In this document: one piece after another, positions 1 to 9,095 of the stretch
Layout of the letters: the number at the start of each line of letters is the position of its first letter
How positions within the stretch are numbered: position 1 is the stretch's first letter
Source: Bacteroidota bacterium
Lineage (GTDB): Bacteria > Bacteroidota > Ignavibacteria > UBA10030 > UBA8401
Assembly: GCA_035506275.1 (NCBI GenBank)
Contig: DATJPT010000011.1
Coordinates: 25,513 to 57,512, forward strand
Reading direction: 5' to 3'
Length of the DNA: 32,000 nt
Made by a program: the position numbers and the translations under genes
The notes under the pieces: model-generated
Databases searched by the model: none
The model's input: the letters and a program-made list of their open reading frames with translations, nothing else
What the model was told of the DNA's origin: nothing

Positions 1-201
1 TTTGCATGCGGGTCGTGTTACGGCGCCGCTGATTCGCCGGCAACGAATGGTATGAATTTCGCGATCCTCAGCATGATCGGGGTGACCGGAGGAGTTCTCG
101 CGGCGATGACCTCCTTCTTCCTGTATTTGCGCAAACGTGCACGGCTGTACCTTGCGGCCGAATCCGAACACCCGACACATGAAAATGGAGGTATTCACTA
201 A
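1..201 (+). CDS. 3' end of an unidentified membrane protein (gene starts upstream of the window)
   Basis: Frame 1 is open from the window edge to TAA at 199-201. The translation ...FACGSCYGAADSPATNGMNFAILSMIGVTGGVLAAMTSFFLYLRKRARLY... has one C-terminal hydrophobic helix followed by a basic stretch. Its stop directly abuts the ATG of the oxidase subunit II gene, so it is probably co-transcribed. Family not recognised. Confidence 0.4.
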   Translation, partial: FACGSCYGAADSPATNGMNFAILSMIGVTGGVLAAMTSFFLYLRKRARLYLAAESEHPTHENGGIH

Positions 202-1170
202 ATGAGAGAATTTCTGCACCTTCCCGTCGACGGTTCTGCGCACGGGCCGGCAATCGATAATATGCTGGCCGTCATCCACTGGCTCATGCTTGTGCTGTTT
301 GTCGGATGGGGAGCGTTCTTCATCTATACGCTCATACGATTCCGGCAAAAGAAAAATCCGGTCGCCGATTATGCTGGAGTGAAAAGCCATTTGTCGAGCT
401 ATCTTGAGGTCGCCGTCGCTCTTTTCGAGGCAGTTCTTCTGATCGGATTTGCTGTCCCGCTCTGGGCAAAGCGTGTGAATAATTTCCCGGAGGAGAAAGA
501 CGCCACGGTGGTCCGCGTCGTCGCCGAACAGTTTGCATGGAACGTCCATTATCCCGGGAAGGACGGAGTGTTCGGACGAACCGATATTTCTCTCGTCTCG
601 GATGACAATCCGATCGGACTCGACCGGACCGACCCGAATGCGAAAGATGATATTACGACGATCAATCAACTGCACGTTCCGGTGAATAAACCGGTCATCA
701 TCCGCTTATCGACGAAGGATGTTATTCACAGCTTCAATTTGCCGACGATGCGCGTGAAACAGGATGCAATTCCGGGGCAGGTCATACCACTCTGGTTCAC
801 TCCTACGAAAACTACGGACCAGATGATCGCTGAGATGGCCGAACCGTTTCAGCTTACCGCGGGCGATACATCGTCGAAATTGTTCGAGCGGATCGCGATC
901 CGGAATTACGTCGGCACAGACAGCGCCGTTATCGTCAAGAAAGGGGACGTGTTCACTCCGGATGTTGTGAAGCCTCTCCTCGATGCCGGTTATACCCAGG
1001 TGCTTGCAGCGCCGAACGTGACGACAGAAATTGCCTGCGCTCAATTATGCGGACTCGGCCACTACCGCATGCGCGGATACCTGAGCGTCGACACACAAGA
1101 AGCCTACGACGCATGGATGGCGGATCAAATATCTCAACTTCCGCGCGATTCCACGACGGCGGCAAAGTAG
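202..1170 (+). CDS. coxB: heme-copper (cytochrome c/quinol) oxidase subunit II, CuA cupredoxin type, with an atypical insertion
   Basis: Two N-terminal TM helices (AVIHWLMLVLFVGWGAFFIY, LEVAVALFEAVLLIGFAVPLW) are followed by a cupredoxin domain. It carries the CuA ligand pattern: His in DVIHSFNLP and CAQLCGLGHYRM (C-x3-C-x3-H-x2-M). It sits in a ctaA/ctaB/SCO1 context. Confidence 0.85.
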   Translation: MREFLHLPVDGSAHGPAIDNMLAVIHWLMLVLFVGWGAFFIYTLIRFRQKKNPVADYAGVKSHLSSYLEVAVALFEAVLLIGFAVPLWAKRVNNFPEEKDATVVRVVAEQFAWNVHYPGKDGVFGRTDISLVSDDNPIGLDRTDPNAKDDITTINQLHVPVNKPVIIRLSTKDVIHSFNLPTMRVKQDAIPGQVIPLWFTPTKTTDQMIAEMAEPFQLTAGDTSSKLFERIAIRNYVGTDSAVIVKKGDVFTPDVVKPLLDAGYTQVLAAPNVTTEIACAQLCGLGHYRMRGYLSVDTQEAYDAWMADQISQLPRDSTTAAK

Positions 1171-1189
1171 CTTACGAAGGAACGGACTC

Positions 1190-2215
1190 TTGCAATACGA
1201 TAAAAGCCTTCATCGGTTTTCAGTGTTCACCGCTTGCTGCACCTTCTGCCTGGTCATCGCCGGCGGATTGGTGACCAGTACCGGCTCAAGCCTCGCCGTT
1301 CCCGATTGGCCCCTTTCGTACGGGATGGTGATGCCCCCGATGGTCGGCGGAATCCTGTATGAGCACGGCCACAGGATGATCGCTTCATTCGTCGGATTGC
1401 TGACGATCATTCTTACGGTCTGGCTGTGGAAGAAAGAAGAACGCCGCTGGGTAAAGTTTCTGGGGATCGCAGCGCTCGGAGCAGTGATCGCGCAGGGGCT
1501 GCTCGGCGGGTTGACGGTGATCTTTCTTCTGCCGACCGCTCTCTCTGTTTCGCACGCCACGCTTGCCCAGACTTTTTTCGCGATCGTCTGCACCATCGCC
1601 TTGGTAACCTCTCGTTGGTGGAAGAATGACGCTGCGAGTATTTCGCAATCTGCGGATCCGTCGCTTTTCAGGCTTTCGATTGTCTTGATCCTCTGCGTCT
1701 ATATCCAGCTAATTCTCGGCGCGCTCATGCGGCATACCGGGTCGGGACTTGCGGTCACTGACTTTCCGTTAGCCTATGGGCAGATCTTTCCGTCGCTCTC
1801 GGGTGAATCTGTGGCCAGGTACAATCAAGAGCTCATCGATTCCAATCAACGCCTTTTTGCCGATGGTCCGGTGACTTCGGCTCAGATCCTGATCCACATG
1901 CTCCATCGATTCTGGGCTCTTGCCGTCTCGGCCGTCGCAATAACATTTTCGGTCAGGATCATGAGCGCGAAGCAAATGCCGCCGCGGATCAAAATGTTAG
2001 GACGAATTCTTGTTTATCTGATCATTGCGCAGCTTTTTCTGGGAGCCTTCACGGTTATTTCTCAAAAGGCAGTGGATGTCACGACGGCACATGTTGCAAC
2101 GGGCGCATTGATTCTGGTGACCTCGGTACTGCTGCTGTTCCATCTTGCGAGGGTCTATCAGGTTCAGGTCAAGAGATTCTCTTTTGTCTATTCAGCAGAG
2201 AGAGCGATAGCATGA
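1190..2215 (+). CDS. ctaA: heme A synthase (COX15/CtaA family)
   Basis: Polytopic membrane protein with the internally duplicated CtaA pattern (GGLVTSTGSSLAVPDWPLSYG ... YEHGHRM, and again LMRHTGSGLAVTDFPLAYG ... HMLHRFWA). TTG start as given in the ORF track. The stop overlaps the ctaB ATG (ATGA at 2212-2215). Confidence 0.85.
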   Translation: MQYDKSLHRFSVFTACCTFCLVIAGGLVTSTGSSLAVPDWPLSYGMVMPPMVGGILYEHGHRMIASFVGLLTIILTVWLWKKEERRWVKFLGIAALGAVIAQGLLGGLTVIFLLPTALSVSHATLAQTFFAIVCTIALVTSRWWKNDAASISQSADPSLFRLSIVLILCVYIQLILGALMRHTGSGLAVTDFPLAYGQIFPSLSGESVARYNQELIDSNQRLFADGPVTSAQILIHMLHRFWALAVSAVAITFSVRIMSAKQMPPRIKMLGRILVYLIIAQLFLGAFTVISQKAVDVTTAHVATGALILVTSVLLLFHLARVYQVQVKRFSFVYSAERAIA

Positions 2216-3159
2216 ACGGCGACGCAGAAGTACTTCAGCAAGCGTTTCCATATTCACGTCCTGCGTGGAAAGTTGCTGCCGATTTCATCGAGCTGATGAA
2301 GCCGGAGCTGACGTCGCTCTCTGTCCTCACCGCGGTCTGTTCATTTTATCTGGGGCATACCGGTCAATGGAACGTCGGTGAATTGTGGCTCCTTTCCCAT
2401 CTCGCTCTCGGAACGACTCTCGTCGGCGGGGGAGCGGGGACATTGAACCAGTATCTGGAGCGGAATTATGATTCGCTGATGAAACGGACAGAAAGACGTC
2501 CGCTTCCTTCGGGACATCTTCTGCCGGGGACGGTTCTTCTTTTCGGGATCTTTTTATCGAGCATCGGCCTTCTTGAATTGACATTTTTTGTCAATGTGCT
2601 CACCGGTTTTCTCGGAGTCGTTACGTTGACAACATATCTGTTTCTCTATACTCCCTTAAAGAGGATTTCTCCCGTTGCGACGACGATCGGCGGAATTCCG
2701 GGAGCGCTTCCACCGCTGATGGGATGGGCCGCGGCCCGGAACGAGATAACGTTCGCGGCCATGGTGCTTTTCGCGATCCTCTTTTTTTGGCAGATGCCTC
2801 ATTTCTTTTCGCTCGCCTGGCTTTATAGAAAAGATTATGCGAGGGCGGGATATAAGCTCTTGACCGTCGTCGACCGGAACGGCGCGCGAACATCGCGCCA
2901 CATTCTCGGCAATTGCGCAGCGCTCATTCCATTGAGCCTTGTCCCTTCCGTCATCGGTATGACCTCAATTTCTTATTTCATCGGCGCCTTGGTAGCAGGA
3001 ATCGGTTTCCTTTTTTTTGGGATCATGTTCGCTGTAACCTTCGCCGCAGATCAAGAGGAGAACCCCGCCAAAACGAATCAATCCGCTCGTCGGTTGTTTT
3101 TTGCTTCGCTCGTGTACCTCCCGGTCTTGTTTTTCCTCATGGTGATCGATAAAGTATAA
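2212..3159 (+). CDS. ctaB: protoheme IX farnesyltransferase (heme O synthase, UbiA family)
   Basis: Multi-TM UbiA-type prenyltransferase with NQYLERNYDSLMKRTERRPLPSG and a second Asp-rich region. WQMPHFFSLAW is typical of CyoE/CtaB. Translationally coupled to ctaA. Confidence 0.9.
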   Translation: MNGDAEVLQQAFPYSRPAWKVAADFIELMKPELTSLSVLTAVCSFYLGHTGQWNVGELWLLSHLALGTTLVGGGAGTLNQYLERNYDSLMKRTERRPLPSGHLLPGTVLLFGIFLSSIGLLELTFFVNVLTGFLGVVTLTTYLFLYTPLKRISPVATTIGGIPGALPPLMGWAAARNEITFAAMVLFAILFFWQMPHFFSLAWLYRKDYARAGYKLLTVVDRNGARTSRHILGNCAALIPLSLVPSVIGMTSISYFIGALVAGIGFLFFGIMFAVTFAADQEENPAKTNQSARRLFFASLVYLPVLFFLMVIDKV

Positions 3160-3268
3160 CGCGGATGCCGTCGGGGACCGTCCCGCGCTGCTGAGGCGAG
3201 ACAATACCATGGCCTGAGGCTTCTCGTCTATTTTTTTTCTATATTATTCTTACTCTTTCATTCTGATA

Positions 3269-4213
3269 ATGGCTCCGATCGTTAAAATATCAAATCTCAC
3301 CCACGACTATCCGGGGCGGAGAGCGCTTAACAACATCACCTTGGAAATACATCAGGGAGAAATCTTCGGGCTCCTTGGCCCCAACGGCGGCGGCAAGACG
3401 ACGATGTTTAAGATACTCTCGACGGCGATTGCTCCTTCGGGGGGGAAGACGGAAGTGTGCGGCCACGATGTCGTTCACGAACCTGCCGCGGTCAGAAAAC
3501 AGATCGGCGTCGTTTTCCAGTCTCCGAGCCTTGATCTCAAATTGACGGTAATGGAAAACTTGCGCTTCCAAGGGCTGCTCCAGGGGTTCCATGGAGCGGC
3601 AGCCAAGCGGAGAATCAACGAACTTCTCGCCGGTCTGAAGCTTGGGGACCGAAAGGACGATCTGGTGGAAACGCTCTCCGGGGGTTTGCGACGACGCGTC
3701 GAAATTTGCAAAGGCCTGTTTCACACTCCGGCTCTTTTACTCCTCGACGAGCCGAGCACGGGACTTGACCCGGCCGCCAGAAGAGATCTGTGGGCATATC
3801 TGCTTCAGATCAGAAAAACCGACGGGATCACGATCATTGTTACCTCGCACATTCTGGAGGAGGCCGAACACTGCGACCGTTTGGCGATACTCGATAAAGG
3901 AAACCTTGTCGCTCTTGGGACGCCGGACGGGTTAAAGAAGAAGGTCGGCGGAGAGATTATTTCCATCGTCACCAACGCGCCGGAAGAACTTCAAACCCTG
4001 CTGAAGAAAAAATTCAAGCTTACGTCGACGATCGTGGACGGCACACTTCGAGTTGAAAAAGCAAAGGCACATCAATTTGTTCCCAAGATCATCGAGGCCT
4101 TTCCCGGAAAAGTGAATGCCGTTGCAGTCGGATTGCCGACGCTCGAGGACGTTTTTATCCATGAAACAGGGCATAAGATGCACCCGATCGATTCCGACGA
4201 GGCGGAGGGATGA
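3269..4213 (+). CDS. ABC transporter ATP-binding protein (ABC-2/DrrA-like exporter ATPase)
   Basis: Walker A GPNGGGKTT, ABC signature LSGGLRRR, Walker B LLLLDEPSTGLD, H-loop VTSHIL. Confidence 0.9.
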   Translation: MAPIVKISNLTHDYPGRRALNNITLEIHQGEIFGLLGPNGGGKTTMFKILSTAIAPSGGKTEVCGHDVVHEPAAVRKQIGVVFQSPSLDLKLTVMENLRFQGLLQGFHGAAAKRRINELLAGLKLGDRKDDLVETLSGGLRRRVEICKGLFHTPALLLLDEPSTGLDPAARRDLWAYLLQIRKTDGITIIVTSHILEEAEHCDRLAILDKGNLVALGTPDGLKKKVGGEIISIVTNAPEELQTLLKKKFKLTSTIVDGTLRVEKAKAHQFVPKIIEAFPGKVNAVAVGLPTLEDVFIHETGHKMHPIDSDEAEG

Positions 4214-4989
4214 ACTTTAAGGACCAAGTGCTGCTCCCGGCTTATGCGCTTTGGATGCGCGAACTCATCAGATTTTTCCGCCAACGGTCAAGGATGATCG
4301 GGGTTATCGGATCGCCGATCCTTTTTTGGTTCTTCATCGGATCGGGGCTCGGCACTTCCTTTAAGACAACATCTTCTCTTGGGGGGGCGAATTACCTCGA
4401 ATATTTTTATCCAGGGACGTTACTATTGATTATGTTGTTCACTGCAATCTTTTCCACGATATCGATCATCGAGGACAGGTCCGAGGGGTTGCTTCAATCC
4501 GTGCTTGTTGCCCCTGTCTCTGGGGCCAGCATTGCACTCGGCAAGATCCTTGGAGGCACAACGCTCGCGGTGATCCAAGCGGTCATTTTTTTGGCTCTCG
4601 CGCCACTGGTTGGTTTTTCTTTTACACTTCTCCAATTTATCGCGCTTTTGGTGTTGCTCATTGCGATAGGGTTCGGTCTCACGGGACTTGGATTTCTCAT
4701 CGCATGGAGAATGGAATCGACGCAGGGATTCCATGCGATCATGAATTTGTTTCTTATCCCATTGTGGCTTCTCTCCGGATCGCTCTTCCCGATGGAAGGG
4801 GCGCCCGGATGGCTGAAATTCGTCATGGCCGTCAACCCGCTGACATACTCAATTTCTTCTACGCGCATGATGCTCTACCACCGGGTATCGAGTCAAGCGT
4901 CTGATTTTCTTGTCGCATGTAGTATCATTCTCATCTTTTGTTTAGCTGTCTTCTTAGGGTCAATGATATCAGTTAGGAATAAAGCATGA
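4210..4989 (+). CDS. ABC-2 type transporter permease
   Basis: About six hydrophobic segments in 259 aa. ATGA overlap with the upstream ATPase gene. This is the typical pairing of an ABC-2 permease with a DrrA-like ATPase. Confidence 0.8.
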   Translation: MNFKDQVLLPAYALWMRELIRFFRQRSRMIGVIGSPILFWFFIGSGLGTSFKTTSSLGGANYLEYFYPGTLLLIMLFTAIFSTISIIEDRSEGLLQSVLVAPVSGASIALGKILGGTTLAVIQAVIFLALAPLVGFSFTLLQFIALLVLLIAIGFGLTGLGFLIAWRMESTQGFHAIMNLFLIPLWLLSGSLFPMEGAPGWLKFVMAVNPLTYSISSTRMMLYHRVSSQASDFLVACSIILIFCLAVFLGSMISVRNKA

Positions 4990-5615
4990 AAGCCTCGGAC
5001 GCTTCATTTCGATCGATTTTTCTTTGGGGGTTTTTAGGGTTTGTCATTGTTGCGGTTGTGTTCTCGTTTTTGTACACGCAGCTAAAGGCCCCGCCGAAGA
5101 ACGCATTGCCCCGACTCAGCATTGTTCCCGATGTGACCCTTACTGAACGGAGCGGCGAGAAACTTCCGTTATCGGACTTGAAAGGGAAGGCCTGGATCGC
5201 CGATTTTATCTTTACAAACTGCGGCGGGAGCTGCCCCATTATGTCGAGCACGATGGCCAGCTTCCAGGAACAATTAAAAAATGAGAAGAACGTGCTTCTG
5301 GTCTCGTTCAGCGTCGATCCGAAACGGGATACTCCTGATGTCCTTAGAGATTATGCAGAGCTCTATAAAGCCTCGCCGTCACGCTGGTTATTTCTCACCG
5401 GAGAAAAAGAAAAGATAAATTTCCTGACGCGCGACGGATTCCACCTCGCCGTCGCCGCGGATTCCGGCTCCGCTATCGAGCCGATCATTCACAGCACGAT
5501 GTTTGTCCTGGTCGACAGGCAGGGGGTCATTCGCGGATATTACGACTCGAGCGACGAAAAGTCCCTGGAAAAGATCGTCGCCGATGCGAAAGATCTCGCT
5601 TCGGAAAAAAATTAG
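4986..5615 (+). CDS. SCO1/SenC family copper chaperone (thioredoxin fold, membrane anchored)
   Basis: N-terminal TM anchor (IFLWGFLGFVIVAVVFSFLY), copper-binding CxxxC in FIFTNCGGSCPIM and a downstream conserved His (IIHSTMFVLVD). ATGA overlap with the permease gene. Confidence 0.85.
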   Translation: MKASDASFRSIFLWGFLGFVIVAVVFSFLYTQLKAPPKNALPRLSIVPDVTLTERSGEKLPLSDLKGKAWIADFIFTNCGGSCPIMSSTMASFQEQLKNEKNVLLVSFSVDPKRDTPDVLRDYAELYKASPSRWLFLTGEKEKINFLTRDGFHLAVAADSGSAIEPIIHSTMFVLVDRQGVIRGYYDSSDEKSLEKIVADAKDLASEKN

Positions 5616-5619
5616 CACC

Positions 5620-6033
5620 ATGGATCTGAAGATCTTCCCGACCATCAATGCAATCCTGAATGGAGCGACGGCCCTTCTTCTTGTCGCCGGCTATCTATTG
5701 ATCCTGAATAAGAAGCGCTCGATCCACAAAAAGGTCATGCTTGCCGCATTTGCAACGTCGATCACGTTTCTGATTTCTTACCTGTATTACCACGCTCACG
5801 TTGGTTCAGTTCCATTCAAGGGGGCCGGTTTCATTAGGCCGGTCTATTTTACCATCCTTATCTCGCATACGATCCTTGCCATGGCCATTGTCCCCATGGC
5901 GATCGTGACGCTCACTCGGGCCCTCTCGTCGCGTTTTGACAAGCATCGAAAGCTTGCACGATTGACATTGCCGTTATGGCTCTACGTCTCTGTCACCGGT
6001 GTAGTGGTGTATGTCATGCTCTACCATTTGTAA
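5620..6033 (+). CDS. DUF420-type small membrane protein (CtaM-like oxidase accessory protein)
   Basis: Four hydrophobic segments in about 137 aa, starting at the internal ATG at 5620 just after the SCO1 stop. The sequence pattern (FPTINAILNG..., YHAH...) and the placement beside SCO1/ctaB are typical of DUF420 proteins. The 5503-5619 part of the track ORF overlaps SCO1 in another frame and is discounted. Confidence 0.7.
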   Translation: MDLKIFPTINAILNGATALLLVAGYLLILNKKRSIHKKVMLAAFATSITFLISYLYYHAHVGSVPFKGAGFIRPVYFTILISHTILAMAIVPMAIVTLTRALSSRFDKHRKLARLTLPLWLYVSVTGVVVYVMLYHL

Positions 6034-6056
6034 CCCAGACTATCGTCAAGAAGAAC

Positions 6057-9029
6057 GTGAGCGGATTCAATAACATAGGGTCCCGGGTTTCGTTCCTTCT
6101 TTATCTTTTCTTCACGGGCGTTTCGCCTTCCTTCGCTCAAGTATACCCGTTCGACCATTACACCTCAAAAGACGGATTGCTGATGGATTACGTCATCGCC
6201 CTATGCTGCGACTCTCGCGGATACGTCTGGGTCGGAACAAATGACGGCGTGAGCCTCTACAATGGGGAGGTTTTTCGGAATTTTACAGTCGCCGACGGGC
6301 TGTCGTACAGCCGTGTCAATTGCATCGTGGAAAGCCGGGCTCACCCCGGCACGATATGGATTGGGACAAACGGAGGAGGCATAAGCAAATGGAGGAGTAA
6401 CAAGTTCCAGACATACCGAATTAACGGAGAACATTCTTCCAACATTATCACTGCGTTAATGGAGGACCGCCACGGCGTACTCTGGTGCGGGACGGACAAT
6501 GGGTTGTTTACGCTGGCAGATAATGAGTGCAGACGGATACGTCCGGCGGTCATAAAGGGGACGGTGGTCGGAGTTGCCCAATCACCGGACGGAACGATAT
6601 GGGTCCTTATGTCCGACCAGCTTTATGCTTTCCCTCCAGATTCTGATGATCCGCGGGTCGTCAATCTTCACTGTAAGCCTGCGATAGTTCCTCAATGTAT
6701 ATATGCATCTGATGATACGACGTTCTGGATCGGAATGTCGAATGGCGGGATCGTGCAAATGCGCGACGGTGAAATTCTGCGCAGGCTCGTCATAAAAAAT
6801 GCTATCATCAATGTTATGCTGGACGATCGCGACGGCCTTTTGTTCGGGACGACAAGGGGGATTTATCGTCTTCCGGATACCGGCTCTGCGCCCATTCCTT
6901 TTTGTTCGACTTCGAACGGTTTGCCGGAGGATTTTATTTCCTCCGCCGCTATTGACATGGAAGGAGATCTGTGGCTCGGCCTGGGGAGCAAGGGAGTTGC
7001 GAAGCTGGCGAACCGGACCGTGTTTACGTATCCGCTTAGCGGCCTGATATTCCCGCCCAACGGCTCTGCGGCCGCAATGGATCAGGATGAACACCTGTGG
7101 GTTGCCTCGTGGAATGGGATCTATGAATTATGGAAGGGAAACAATGCTGCATGGCAGTCGACGCTGCATAAAGAGTTAAGCGATGTCACTGATCAAAAAC
7201 CATACACAGTATTGTTCGACCCCCCCTCCTCATTGTGGGCGGGTTTCCAGGGGGGGGATATCATCTGTTTCGCGATCGGATCACGGAAAGAAGGTCCGTC
7301 CTCACTGACTATCCAGCACCGGTGGCGTCAAGGGAGCGAATATCGTTCCGGGGGGATGCCGATTTTTTTGTTCAAGGACAGGGAAGGATATCTTTGGTGC
7401 AGCATTTCCGACAATCGCGGTCTCTATCTTTTTGATCCAAAGCGGGCGAAGCCTTTTTTGCGATCGTACACGGCGGAAGACGGAATGCCGGATAATTCAA
7501 CGCGGGCGATTTGTGAAGACCGTGAAGGCAACTTTTGGTTCGGGGGCTACGACAACGGCTTGACGTTTCTTCCCTCATCAAAGAAATTTCAAGGCGGAGG
7601 CAGGCGGTTCACGAGTGAGGATGGGCTTCCGAACCAATCGATCCGTTCGATCCTCCAAGACAGCGCGGGGGTCATCTGGGCCGGGACACGCTACGGGGGT
7701 ATAGCATACCTCCGCGACTCCATGTTCCACCCACTTTCTTTGAACGAGGGCCTTCTGAGCACTGCAGTGTGGTCGATGATCCTCGACGCCGATAGGCACC
7801 AGTGGTTAGGTACCCAACTGGGGTTTCAGGAAATGACGGCTTCCAGCATGATCAAGTTTCATTCAAAAAAAGAGCTGAGCGGGCCTCCGGTCTATGCCTG
7901 CGGAGAAATGAAAGACGGGGTGTTGTGGCTCGTGACCGATGCGGGCATAACGTTTTACGACCGCCGGCATGACGTGTCGGGGAATATCCCTCCTCCGGTC
8001 TATATTTCGCGCATTCTTGTCAGCGGCGTGGAGGTAGACGCCGATTCATCTCATGAATTTGCCTACGACCAGAATAACATTTCGCTCGACGTCATCGGTT
8101 TGAGCCTGAAGGACGAAAAAGCGGTCCAGTATCAGTACAAGCTTTTGGGGGCCGACACCGGATGGAGCGCTCCAACGCGAAATCATCTCATCATGTTTGC
8201 TGCTCTGTCGCCCGGGAATTATTCCTTTATGGCGCGGGCAATCAACGGGAACGGGACGGTGAGTACCCAAGCCGCTACTTTCTCGTTCAGAATTGTTCCG
8301 GCTCTTTGGAGGCAATGGTGGTTTATTGTTTCCAGCGTATTGATTGTCGTTGCGGTTTCCTTCCTTTTGGTGAGGTCCCGTGTGAAACGGTTGATCGAAA
8401 TTGAGAGGATCAAATCACGCCTTGCGGCCGATCTGCACGACGACATTGGCGCAGGCCTGACGCGTATCGCGATACTCTCTTCCGTCATCGAGCGGGACAT
8501 GCCGGGCAAGGCGGGCGTTGATCCGGGCGAAAGCACCGCCGGTGAATCGCTAAAAAGGATCGGGGACACCGCCCGCGATCTTGTCGAATCGATGAGCGAT
8601 GTTGTATGGTCGCTCGGTTTGACAGAAGAGCCTCTTGAGCGCTTGGTTCAGCGCCTTCGCTTGTTTGCATTTGAGGCGTGTGAAGCAAAGAACATTGTGC
8701 TAAAATTCACCATCGACGACAACATCTTTGCCCTTCATTTCCCTCCTGAGCGTGCGAGGAATATTTTGCTCTGCGCCAAGGAAGCGATCACCAACATCGT
8801 CCGCCATTCCGACTGTTCGGAAGCGAACATGGAATTTTTACAGGACGGAAACCGCGTTGTGCTGACTGTGACCGACGACGGGAAAGGTTTCCAGGCCGGC
8901 GGTTCGCATACAGGGCACGGATTGACGAACATGAAAAAGCGCGCCGAGGGCTCAGGTGGCTCGTTCACGATGATTTCGCAGGCAGGGAAGGGGACTCGAA
9001 TTCAAGCGATATTCCCCGCCGCCCCATAA
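6057..9029 (+). CDS. sensor histidine kinase with periplasmic two-component-regulator propeller repeats and a Y_Y_Y domain (HisKA_3/NarX-like core)
   Basis: Signal/anchor FLLYLFFTGVSPSFAQ. Many W-x-G-T/GGL repeats (VWVGTNDGVSLY, IWIGTNGGGISKW, LWCGTDNGLFTL, FWFGGYDNGLTFL, IWAGTRYGGIAYL...). Y_Y_Y-like YQYKLLGADTGWS. TM helix WWFIVSSVLIVVAVSFLLV. H-box LAADLHDDIGAGLTRI. ATPase G-boxes DDGKGF and GHGLTNMKKRAEGSGGSF. The start is uncertain: GTG at 6057 avoids overlap with the upstream gene, whereas the track start at 5976 overlaps it by 58 nt. Confidence 0.85.
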   Translation: MSGFNNIGSRVSFLLYLFFTGVSPSFAQVYPFDHYTSKDGLLMDYVIALCCDSRGYVWVGTNDGVSLYNGEVFRNFTVADGLSYSRVNCIVESRAHPGTIWIGTNGGGISKWRSNKFQTYRINGEHSSNIITALMEDRHGVLWCGTDNGLFTLADNECRRIRPAVIKGTVVGVAQSPDGTIWVLMSDQLYAFPPDSDDPRVVNLHCKPAIVPQCIYASDDTTFWIGMSNGGIVQMRDGEILRRLVIKNAIINVMLDDRDGLLFGTTRGIYRLPDTGSAPIPFCSTSNGLPEDFISSAAIDMEGDLWLGLGSKGVAKLANRTVFTYPLSGLIFPPNGSAAAMDQDEHLWVASWNGIYELWKGNNAAWQSTLHKELSDVTDQKPYTVLFDPPSSLWAGFQGGDIICFAIGSRKEGPSSLTIQHRWRQGSEYRSGGMPIFLFKDREGYLWCSISDNRGLYLFDPKRAKPFLRSYTAEDGMPDNSTRAICEDREGNFWFGGYDNGLTFLPSSKKFQGGGRRFTSEDGLPNQSIRSILQDSAGVIWAGTRYGGIAYLRDSMFHPLSLNEGLLSTAVWSMILDADRHQWLGTQLGFQEMTASSMIKFHSKKELSGPPVYACGEMKDGVLWLVTDAGITFYDRRHDVSGNIPPPVYISRILVSGVEVDADSSHEFAYDQNNISLDVIGLSLKDEKAVQYQYKLLGADTGWSAPTRNHLIMFAALSPGNYSFMARAINGNGTVSTQAATFSFRIVPALWRQWWFIVSSVLIVVAVSFLLVRSRVKRLIEIERIKSRLAADLHDDIGAGLTRIAILSSVIERDMPGKAGVDPGESTAGESLKRIGDTARDLVESMSDVVWSLGLTEEPLERLVQRLRLFAFEACEAKNIVLKFTIDDNIFALHFPPERARNILLCAKEAITNIVRHSDCSEANMEFLQDGNRVVLTVTDDGKGFQAGGSHTGHGLTNMKKRAEGSGGSFTMISQAGKGTRIQAIFPAAP

Positions 9030-9047
9030 CTACATATCTATGCAGTT
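9028..9047. promoter_or_regulatory. 7-2-7 inverted repeat AACTACATA-TC-TATGCAGTT (copy 1), candidate response-regulator operator
   Basis: Near-perfect palindrome (one mismatch) overlapping the kinase stop codon and 49 nt upstream of the response-regulator ATG. An almost identical 19-20 nt sequence recurs at 9839-9858. Confidence 0.4.
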
Positions 9048-9095
9048 GCCTCGCCGTAGGGAAAACAGTAGATTCCTTTTGCCAAATTTCCAACA

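Noticed and set aside
3160-3268. Possible terminator after ctaB (GCGAGA...TCTCGT followed by a T8 run).
   Set aside because: The stem is only 6 bp with a G.U pair, and the loop is about 20 nt. This is too weak to call, and the T-run may simply belong to the AT-rich promoter region of the ABC genes.
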